The notes under the pieces: generated by a model
The model's input: only the letters and a program-made list of their open reading frames with translations
Told to the model about the DNA's origin: nothing
Databases searched by the model: none
Assembly (NCBI GenBank): GCA_013416795.1
Contig: RQSC01000032.1
Location: 281,315 to 345,314 of the forward strand
DNA from: Prasinococcaceae sp. CCMP 1430
Lineage: Eukaryota > Plantae > Prasinodermophyta
Reading direction: 5' to 3'
Length of the DNA stretch: 64,000 nucleotides
Translations under genes and position numbers: made by a program
Shown: positions 55,590 through 64,000 of the stretch, in pieces
How the letters are laid out: each line of letters opens with the position of its first letter
How positions within the stretch are numbered: position 1 is the first letter of the stretch

Positions 55590-56513
55590 TTCGACCGCCC
55601 GCGCGTGGGCGTGTCGGCGGTTGTGCTCAGGCGAGCGCCGCAGGACGCGGCGGTGTCGAACGCGGAGGCCCCGCTGCAAATACTGATGGTCAGGCGTGCG
55701 AATGAGCCGAGCAAGGGCATGTGGGCGTTTCCCGGGGGGTCGCTGGAGCTGGGGGAGTCGCTGGAGGAGTGCGCCATCCGCGAGTGCGCCGAGGAGACAG
55801 GTGCGGCGCGCGCCCCGGGGCCCTCGCATTCGCTCGCATGCGGGGCTCGTGCGCGACTCGCGCGTCTGGCGATGCATCTGGCACGCAGAGGAGTCATGAA
55901 AGCTCTTGGAGTATCGCCGCCAGCTAACAAGTCGCCGCCCGCCCGCGCGCCGCTCGCAGGCGTGCTTCTGCACGGTGGCAATGGAGCGGAGAGACTCGTG
56001 GGGTGTGGCGTCGGGACGTCGTTCACCGGCGCCGGGTGCGGCGACCACAAGACCGCGCCGATGGCCCTGCACGCGCCCGAGCCCTTCACAGTGACCGACG
56101 CCATCACCTTCGACGCGGACGGCAAGGTCGACTTTCACTACGCTGTGGTGCAGATGGCCGCGCTGCCTATCGACCCGACGCAAGAGGTGAGTGCGCCACG
56201 CGCGCACGTGCGCGAGAGTGCGCGCGGCCGTGCCCCGCTTGCGCTGCACAGCTGACCTCGCGAGCGGCGTTCGCAGGTTGTCGCAGGCGACGACGCCGAG
56301 GAGGCGCAGTGGATGGACGTGCTCCACTTGAGAAAGATGAGCAAGGTGCGTTGAATGTCGGCTGCTTCCTGCGCTCGAGCAGGCGCGCACGCGCACGCGA
56401 GCTCTGACGTCTCGTCGCGCCTCTTGCGCCTGCAGGTCGTTCGGAAGTGCACGGGCGTCGCAGAGATGGCGGCAGAGCGTTACGGCCATGCGATCGAGGC
56501 GCCCGAGAGCTAG
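55590..56513 (+). CDS. Nudix hydrolase (ADP-ribose pyrophosphatase-like), 4 exons (~55590-55800, 55960-56186, 56278-56346, 56436-56513); start missing
   Basis: FDRPRVGVSAVVL, LMVRRANEPSKGMWAFPGGSLELGESLEECAIRECAEETG (Nudix box), FHYAVVQM, VVAGDDAEEAQW. Confidence 0.88.
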
Positions 56514-56615
56514 TGGCGCGCAGGGGGTCGGGCGCGCCCGTCGCGTTTAGGACAGTGTTATTACTGGACGAAGGCGCATTGCCGCGTGCACTCGCCGGGT
56601 GCCGCGCACCCCGCG

Positions 56616-57413
56616 TCAGCGCAGGGCCACGCGCGGCGACGGCGTGGGGATGTCCATGCATTCGAGCGCACGCTCGCGTCTGTGCTCAGTGTCGGCGTTG
56701 AGCGGCGTGAGCGGCGTCCCCGACGCGCGCTTCGGAGGAAGCAAGCGCCCGGCGCTGCCTGGCGCAGCGGCGGCCTTCACCGCAGCGCGGGCGCGCTCGT
56801 CGGCGCGTGCATCATCGGGCGCGGCGTGGCATTGTCGGCACGTCGCGCGGTACATGTCCGCGCCGCCCACGACCTCGACCGCACTCTCCGCGGTGATGCG
56901 CTTCGTGAAAGCAGCGGCCGCCGAGCACATCGTGCACACGGCGCTGAGCTTGACCACGTCCTCCGCCAGCGGCACGAGCTCCAGCACGCGGCCGAAGGGC
57001 CTCCGTCGGAAATCGCCGTCCAGCGCCGCGACGATGACCGTCTTGCCCATGCTTGCCCACCTCTCCGCGAACTCGACGACGTCGCCGAAGAACTGACCCT
57101 CGTCTATGCCAACGACGTCGAAGCCCTCGCAAACGAAGCTGTCAACCTCCGCGAGCGCCGATGCGGGTCTCGCGGGAAGGCGGACGGCGTCGTGCGTCAC
57201 GACGGCGTCTTCGGATCCTTCGTAGCGCAGGTCCTCGCTGTATTTTATGACCACGCACCGGCGCATGGCGATCCTGTGGCGGCGAATGCGGCGCGACATC
57301 TCGGAGCTCTTGCCCGAAAACATCGGGCCGAGGACCAGCTGGATGCTGCCGCCCGCCGCCGCGCACTCTCCGTCGACATCGCGACGCCGCACCATCCCCG
57401 CCGCCGCGTCCAT
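56616..57413 (-). CDS. TK1: Thymidine kinase 1
   Basis: GSIQLVLGPMFSGKSSE, DVVGIDEGQFF, GKTVIVAALDGDFRRRPFG, KLSAVCTMC...AAFTKR, VVGGADMYRATCRQCH. Confidence 0.95.
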   Translation of the reverse strand: MDAAAGMVRRRDVDGECAAAGGSIQLVLGPMFSGKSSEMSRRIRRHRIAMRRCVVIKYSEDLRYEGSEDAVVTHDAVRLPARPASALAEVDSFVCEGFDVVGIDEGQFFGDVVEFAERWASMGKTVIVAALDGDFRRRPFGRVLELVPLAEDVVKLSAVCTMCSAAAAFTKRITAESAVEVVGGADMYRATCRQCHAAPDDARADERARAAVKAAAAPGSAGRLLPPKRASGTPLTPLNADTEHRRERALECMDIPTPSPRVALR

Positions 57414-57972
57414 CGCCCGCGCCCCTTCCGGGCGTCCGCGCGTCGCGGCAGCTCCTACCCTCCACGCCGCTGCGGCGCGGCCGTGCGGCGGAGGCAATGC
57501 GCCCGTGCAGCCTGCAGCAGCAACAGCACGCGCACGACCCGCACCCTCTGCGCCGCTCCCGCCCGCTTTGCGTGCGCCAGCGCCGCTGGCCCCTCCCCCC
57601 CTGCCCCACGCCCGACGCGCGCCTGCGCCGAGCGGCGCGGCCGGCCGCTCCTCGGAGCAGCGACTCCCGCACAGAAGCCACGCGCGGCTGCGGCTGCGCG
57701 CGCGGCACAGGCGGCGGCGCCTCGGCCAGCGCCAGAGCGGCCGCACCGTGACCGCGCCGCGGTGTGGCGCCAGTGCAGGCGGGAAGGGGGGCGGTGGGAG
57801 GGACATCCGCCCCTCTCTCCTCCCCCCCCCACCCCCCACCCCCCACACACACACAACTGCAGGCCGCGCTCGCGCGCGCGTTCGAACCGAAACCGCCGCC
57901 GCCCGCCGCGTTCGCGGCCGGCCTCATCCGTACCATCTTAAATGAAATCATCTTTAACCACGGGCGCCTATT

Positions 57973-57992
57973 CATTTAAATGCATTTAAATG
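57973..57992. repeat. Perfect 20-bp palindrome made of two CATTTAAATG units
   Basis: catttaaatgcatttaaatg. Confidence 0.9.
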
Positions 57993-58325
57993 CGTTCTCC
58001 GTTACTGGCCACAGCCCCACGGATCGCCAACGGCGGCACCCCGGTCCCACAGGGTCATTCCCGGGTCCTACCGCCGAATAGAACAGCCAGATCCGGGAAA
58101 TGGAACTCAGCCCGTGGCACACTGCAATGAAGTCGTCTCGTACCATTGGATGGTACAGTACTACTGTAGTTAGTCTACCATCTGACGTTACTATCGAACG
58201 CATTGGCCGGCACCGGGGGGGGCGCGCGGCGCGCGCGCGCGCGTTTGAAAAATCGGATGCGCTGGAATCAAAATCAAAAAGGCGCGGAGGGGTGCGGGGT
58301 GGGGGCGCCAGCGGCGCAGCTTCAG

Positions 58326-58756
58326 ACGACGTCGAAGACGCAGGGCTGAGTGGCGGCACCGGCAAAAAGTCCAAGGCGCAAAAGCGGCTCGAGAAGAAGC
58401 GCCGTGAGGAGGCCGAGCGCAACGAGCGTATCGCCGCCGAGAAAGCAGCGCTGGGCCCGACCGACCAGGAGCGCGAGGAGGACAAGCTCAACAAGCTTCT
58501 TAAACCGCGCGGCTTGATTGTGGAGGAAATCACCGCTGACGGCCACTGCATGTTCAGATCCATCGAGGCGCAGCTTAGGAGGACGACCCCCCCCGGAGGC
58601 TTCGTGCCTGACCACGCGACTCTGCGCTCGATGACGTGTGGCCACATGCGTGCCAATCAGAGCGACTTCGAGCCATTCGTGGCCGACGGTGCGGGCGGCG
58701 CGTCGTTCGATCGCTACTGTGAGCAGATGGAGACCACTGCCGCCTGGGGAGGGCAG
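58326..58756 (+). CDS. OTUD6: OTUD6-like deubiquitinase fragment, cut at the N at 58757
   Basis: KSKAQKRLEKK, EEITADGHCMFRSI (catalytic D/C), LRSMTCGHMRANQSDFEPF, FDRYCEQMETTAAWGGQ. Confidence 0.85.
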
Positions 58757-58757
58757 N

Positions 58758-61700
58758 ACGCCGAGGCGCGCGCCGCCGCATCCGATCGCGCTACGGCCGC
58801 CGCGCAGGCCGCTGAGCGCGCGTCGTCCGAGGCGACCGCGAAGGCGCTCGGCGAGGTGGCCGCGACCAAGCGCGAGGTGAGCCGCCTCGAGTTGGAGCTT
58901 GAGAGTGAGAAGAGGAAGGATGCGGCCACCGAGGCGGAGCTCAGGGCGGAGCTCAGGGGCGTGCGTGAGACCGCCGAGGCCGAGGTCTCCGCGCTCGAGC
59001 AGGCTCGCCGAGACGCCGTCGCGGGTGCCCTCAAGACGCACGAGGAGTTCGAGGCGCGAGAGAAGAGGCGGCAGGCCGAGGCAAACGCTCGCCTAATGGA
59101 GGTCAGCTCGGCGAGGGACGAACAGCAGGCCGCCAAGGCGAAGGCGATGCAACGCGCCGAAGTCGCCGAGGCTCGCGTGGCATCGCTCACAGCGGAGCTC
59201 GAGGACACCAAGAGGCGTGCTGCGGAAGTCGCCGAGGCTCGCGTGGCGTCGCTCACAGCGGAGCTCGCTGACACCAAGAGGCGTGCCGCGGAAGCCCTCA
59301 AGGACACGAAAGAGCGCCTCTCCGGGGAGGTCGACGCGGCCCGCGCAGAGGCGAAGAGCGCGCTAGCCGAGGCAGAGGAGGCAGGAAAGCGCGTGGCAGG
59401 CGCGGAGATGGACGCATCGAAGCGGGCGATCGAGGCGGACTCCCTCGTGGCGACTGCGGGTGGCCGCGCCGCCGCTGCCGAGCGCCGCGCCGAGGCCGCC
59501 GCCGAGCGCGTCGCGCAGCTCACCGACGCACTGGCTTCGGCTGAGGCCACGGCTGCTGCGGCCAACGCCACGGCCGACATCGTGAGGCAGGGCGTGGAGG
59601 CCACCGAGGGAGAGCAGGCCGCGCTCGCCCGCCGGTTGCAGAAGAGAGTCGCATCGATGGAGCGGAAGCTTGAGCAGGCCGAGGGGCGCGCAAAGGCTGC
59701 TGAGGAGGCCGAGGTGAAAGCGCAGGCGAGGGTGTCTGCGGCCGAGAGCATTGCCAAAGCCGCCCAAACCGCGATGGCATCGGCAGTGGCCACCGCTCGC
59801 GAGGAGCGCCGGGTAGGGATCGAGGCGCGCCAGGCGGCCATCGACAGCTTGAGGATACACCAGTCACTGCCGGAGACCAATGCGGAGCGGCTGATGGGCG
59901 GCGCGTTGGGGTCGTCGAGCATGCCCACCCCACGTGACTCGCTTGCTGTGGTGTCGGACGTCTCGCCGCTACGGGAGAGTCTTGAAGTTGATAAGGCATT
60001 GGCTGCCGAGGCGGGCGTTGCGGTCGCTGCGGAGGCTGCGTTGGCGAGCCCGGCGCAGGCGCAGCTGCAGAGCATCACCCCTCGGGCGATCCAGCAGCAC
60101 GAGGCCCGAAACAGGGAGAACGAGGAGCTGCGCAAGGAGAATGTGCGCATTCGTGCGGCAATCTCCGCTATGCGCACCGAGATGGAGATGCTCACCGCAG
60201 CATCCAGCGCTGCCGCGGTGACAAGCGCCGCGGCGAATGCCGCGGCGGCATCCCTCGCGGTCTCTGAGAGGGGTGAGGAGAAGGAGGAGAAAATCGATCA
60301 CGTGCAGAGTGCCTTGAGCAAGCTCACAGAAGAGGTCGGCACTCTCCGTGAGGAGGTGCGCAGGTCGCCCAAGATGGCCAATGTGCCGGCGCCCGTGACG
60401 CTCCCCGAAGTGACCGTCGCCGGTGCGGCAGTCGTGCAGCCTCTGTCGGGTCCCCTCGTCGCACCTGACGTGTCCGCGAACGTCGAGGTGAAGACGCTCG
60501 AGGCTGAGGTCGCGAGGCTGAAAGCAGAGATGGCGGCCGCAACGCTTGGGGTGGGCCAGCCGCCGGCAGAGCAGCAGCCCGACCAAAAGGAAAAGGAGGA
60601 GCAGCGAAAGCAAGAGCAGCAGCAACAGCGGCAAGCCGTCGCCGCGCATGCGTCCCTCGCGGCGAGCTCGCCGTACGCAGCCGCTGGGTACTCTCCTGTA
60701 GCATATCACATGCTCCAGGCGCAGAGTTTGGCCGCGTCGGCGCCGGCGGTGTTCTATCCGCCGCCGCCGCCGCCTGCGGCGGCTGGCCTTCCTACGCACC
60801 CGCCGCGGATGCCGCACAATGTCTGGCCCCCTCCGCCACCACCGCCGCCGCCGCCGCCCTCCCACCCTCAAGTGTACACTGCCGCATCGGCAACGGCGGG
60901 ATCAGGCCCTCCGCAGAGTTTCGAAGACGCGGTGGCTGCAGCGGCAGCGCATGAGGCGGACCTTCAGGCGCGCCTGCTCAGCGCCGAGCGGGCCGCCGCT
61001 AGCCTCGCGCACGAGCGCGATACTCTGATCGAGCTCGGGCGCATGAAGGCCGAAGGGAGTGCCAGTGGGGTAGATGGTACGGCGGGCGACATGTCACTCT
61101 TGCGCGAGGCAGAGCGTTCTATGGAAGCTACAACCGTGCGCCCTCGCCTACCACCACGCCCGCAGGCCAGCGAGCATGCCCATCGATATGTGCCTCCGCC
61201 GTCCCGCCGAGATCAGACTGCCGATGCCAACGTATCGGACGGAGTGGGTGGGATACTCGGAGGCACCCCGGCGTCCTTTGCTGGTGAGCAGCCCCACAGG
61301 CATGACTCGCTCGCCGACTTTCTCGCGGAGGAGGAATTCGCTGCTAGCGTGGCTGAGGCAGCGGCGGCGACCGTGGCCGCCTCCGCGAACGCGGACGGCG
61401 GGGACCCACTGGCTCCGAGCACCGCAATCGCGAAAGCTGTGCGCGCACATTCATCCGAAGCCACAGCTGCTCGGCCCTCCGAAGCGCCCGCGGCCGCGAC
61501 GCCGAGCACAACTTCGCATGAAGTGGCGGTGCACATGCAGCGTGGTGTCAGGCCCGGCTCGGCGAGCGTCGATGCGGGTACGGCTGCTGACGATGTGGAT
61601 GGACTCGAGGTGCACGGAGGCCCTGTGCCTATTGCGGACGCGGCAATCGCGCCAGAGTCAGCAGCAAGGAGTGCATATACGCGCCACGGTACGCAGAGCC

Positions 61701-61816
61701 AACGAGCGGAGCGCGAACGCATCGCACGCGAGGCTGCCAGCTCTCCTCGCAGCCCCGCTGGAAAGTCCATCCAGGCGGTGAACTACAACGACCTGCGCGC
61801 CAGATCCGGCGAGTAA
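58758..61816 (+). CDS. Long coiled-coil protein, CCDC57-like (centriolar), 5' partial
   Basis: Extended heptads; ENEELRKENVRIRAAISAMRTEME and ERDTLIELGR resemble CCDC57 motifs; ends VNYNDL. Confidence 0.5.
59159..59293 (+). repeat. 66-bp (22-aa) tandem duplication inside the coiled-coil gene
   Basis: gaagtcgccgaggctcgcgtggc... starts at 59159 and 59225, with a partial third copy at 59291. Confidence 0.9.
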
Positions 61817-62072
61817 ACGAATCGCGACAGAATTACCGACTCTTCCCGCTCAGGCAAGGCGAGCGCGCATGGCTTTTCTCTAGGACGTAACGCGACCGCT
61901 GGCGGCGATGGTTTGAGCGCTGCGCTGTGAGATCGCCGCGCCGGTGCGGCGATCCGCTCGACCGCAAAATGTGTTTGCCGTGGCAGGAGGGAAGCGCAGT
62001 GGATTGGATCCACTGCCGACCTACATGCGCGCTTGCACAGCCGGCGATGGTCGGTCCGGCTGCTGGCAAGGC

Positions 62073-63335
62073 CTACTTGCCCTTACCGCACACGCTGGTA
62101 AGGCGTGTGGCTAGCGCCATCTCGTCCTCGCCGATGCGCCTGCCGCCCACGAGAAGGTCGCGCCTGGCGTCGCCGACGCGCACTGCTGCGAAGCTCAGCT
62201 CCTCCCCCTTCCACTCGAGCTTCTGGGTCGCCGCATGCAGGCGTGGCCGTGCGAGGCATAGAGTTTGGCCCGAGCGGATGACACCGTCGCGCACGCCGTA
62301 CACACTCAGTGCGAGGCACTCCCCTTTCTTGTCGCTCATGATATAGTACAGCGGCGCGCCTGCGCCGTGCGTGACCTGCTCGAGACACTTGAGCGCCATC
62401 CACTTGTCAGCGTTTGGGCCGTACGCGAGCTCGGAGAGAGCAGCGGATTCGAGGTCAGCGAAGAACTTTGAGGAGGGTGCCTTCTGGCCTTCGAGGTCCT
62501 TGGCCAGCTCCTTGAGGCGTTTTGGCTTTGTGCGGCACTTGTTCTCGATGAGCGTCTTGCAGTGGCGCAGCAGCGTCAGCAGCGCCTCGGCGCTGTCCTC
62601 CGCCGGCAGCTCCGGGTCGAGCGACGCCGCGCGCGTGAAGGCCTCGAGGGCGTCGCGGTGCAGCTCGAGGAAGCGAAAGACCATGCCTCGGTTGAAGTGC
62701 ATGTCCGGGTCGGTCGCCGCCTGCGGCGACGCCTCCGCCTGGCGGTACGCCCGCACCGCCTGCTCGAGCATCTCAGTATCGCCGCCGCCCACGAGGAAAT
62801 GCTTCGTGAGGAAGGCGGTGCCGAGGGCGGCCCAGCCGCGGCCGTCCTTGACGTCGCACTTCAGAGCGCGCTTGGCGTAGGTGAGCGCCCTCTCCACCGC
62901 AGCGAGCCTCTCAACGGGATCCTGCTGCGTCTGGCCCTGCTGGCGCTCGATGGTCGACAGCATGCACAGCGCCTCATGGTCGTCGGCCGCGCTGATGGCG
63001 CTCGTCAGGCAATTTGACGCGCTCCCGAGGTCGTCCTTCTTCCAGTATTGGTGCGCCAGCGCGCACCACGCGCTCGTAAGGCTAGGATCTAGCTTCACCG
63101 CGCGCGCCAGGGCCTCCTCGGCCTCCTTGCGGAACTCAGCGAACGAGTCGAGCGCCTTGCCGCGCAGGTAGAGCGCGGCCGCGCGCTGGGCGCTCGGCGC
63201 GCCCGAGTCGTCCTGCAGCGCCCCGAGCTGAGCGAGCGACGCCTCGACCTCCTCAACGCCCGCGCGCACCCGCGCGCGCCGCTCGGCCGCGGGCAGCGGA
63301 AAGGCGACCGACGCGGCCGCCACCTCGTCGACGCG
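62073..63335 (-). CDS. TTC5: TTC5/STRAP TPR + OB-fold protein
   Basis: LYLRGKALD..AEF.KEAEEALARAVKLDP.L..AW..LAH.YWKK, ALTYAKRALK.DVKDGRGWAALGTA, DPDMHFNRG, C-terminal OB region CLALSVY..VRV. Confidence 0.88.
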   Translation of the reverse strand, partial: RVDEVAAASVAFPLPAAERRARVRAGVEEVEASLAQLGALQDDSGAPSAQRAAALYLRGKALDSFAEFRKEAEEALARAVKLDPSLTSAWCALAHQYWKKDDLGSASNCLTSAISAADDHEALCMLSTIERQQGQTQQDPVERLAAVERALTYAKRALKCDVKDGRGWAALGTAFLTKHFLVGGGDTEMLEQAVRAYRQAEASPQAATDPDMHFNRGMVFRFLELHRDALEAFTRAASLDPELPAEDSAEALLTLLRHCKTLIENKCRTKPKRLKELAKDLEGQKAPSSKFFADLESAALSELAYGPNADKWMALKCLEQVTHGAGAPLYYIMSDKKGECLALSVYGVRDGVIRSGQTLCLARPRLHAATQKLEWKGEELSFAAVRVGDARRDLLVGGRRIGEDEMALATRLTSVCGKGK

Positions 63336-63497
63336 CGCCGCCGGCGCGAGCGGCGCGAGCAGGAGGCCGAGCTGCGGCACCTGCAGGAGCAGGAACTTGG
63401 AGTAGCGCAGGCCATCGAAGAGCGGCAGCAGGTACGCGAGCGACGCGATGGTGCGGTCAGCGATGTGCTCACCGGGCTGGTCCTTCCCCGACGCCCG
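63336..63497 (-). CDS. TIC20: TIC20 (Ycf60) N-terminal fragment, in frame with TTC5; probable upstream exons toward 63690-64000
   Basis: ADRTIASLAYLLPLFDGLRYSKFLLLQVPQLGLLLAPLAP matches the first TM and following helix of Tic20-II/V; acceptor catccag at 63498. Confidence 0.75.
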
Positions 63498-64000
63498 CTG
63501 GATGCCCTGCCAGCCGCGCGTGGCCGAGTGTGCAGCGGAGCGGTTGGGGTGGGTGGATGGATGGCCAGGGCCGTGCGGCAGTGCGGCAGTGCGCGAGCGC
63601 GCGCGCAACAACAGAGCGCCGCGTCAGCTGCCGCTCCACGCCACGCGCGCCATTGGCGGGTGCACGCGCTCGCGGCGGCGCCTGAGTTAATCGCTCGCCC
63701 GGGTGCGCGGGGCCGACCCCTCGCGCGAGCGCACCTTTTCCCCCTGCTGCTTGCTGGAGTCTGAGCCGAAGAATCCGAAGGCGCCCTGGTCACCGCCGCT
63801 CACCTGCTCGTCTTCTTTGGCGGCCTCGGCCTCCGCGGCGCGCCGGACAGCGGCCTCGCGTTCCCGCTCCATCCTCGCCGCCTCGCGCTGCTTGGCCTCG
63901 TCCGGCCCGAGCAGCGCGTCCAGGTTGCTCATCGTGCTGCTCAGCCGCTCGTCGCGCTCGGGCGCCTCGCCGGCGCACCGCGGCGCCACGCGCGCCGCGC

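Noticed and set aside
58100-61816. 1238-aa OTU-coiled-coil fusion protein
   Set aside because: The junction is an N, the OTU domain is incomplete, and the N-terminal 75 aa look non-coding

Overview
Eukaryotic nuclear DNA, very GC-rich and gene-dense, with short GT..AG introns. It is almost certainly a green alga (prasinophyte-grade Viridiplantae): it carries TIC22/TIC20 plastid import genes, a plastid-type GT5 starch synthase, a plant-type nucleotidyltransferase and TTTAGGG telo-boxes. About 27 protein genes or fragments are recognisable: TIC22, symplekin, FAM136A, CofE-like, MED12, stand-alone MEKHLA, TPR-MMS19, TBC1D19, ECD/SGT1, CRTAC1-like, CRY-DASH, starch synthase, RAD54, PABPN1, DoxX-like, NTP nucleotidyltransferase, serine acetyltransferase-KOW, ARL16, PAC-like, N6/N4 MTase-like, PhyH-like, GCIP, Nudix, TK1, OTUD6, CCDC57-like, TTC5 and a TIC20 fragment. 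There are three N-gaps and three single-N positions. The most striking observation is in CRY-DASH: a duplicated 20-nt segment allows two in-frame splice forms that differ (Trp vs Val) at the position equivalent to the photolyase substrate-pocket Trp277. Other highlights are a palindrome-rich, tRNA-like Pol III ncRNA candidate at 39.9-40.1 kb, and TPR-MMS19 and SAT-KOW fusions. Several junctions at 54-63 kb join genes that have lost their ends; these look like assembly collapses, so all fusions need read-level confirmation. All family assignments come from motif recognition by eye; no searches were run.
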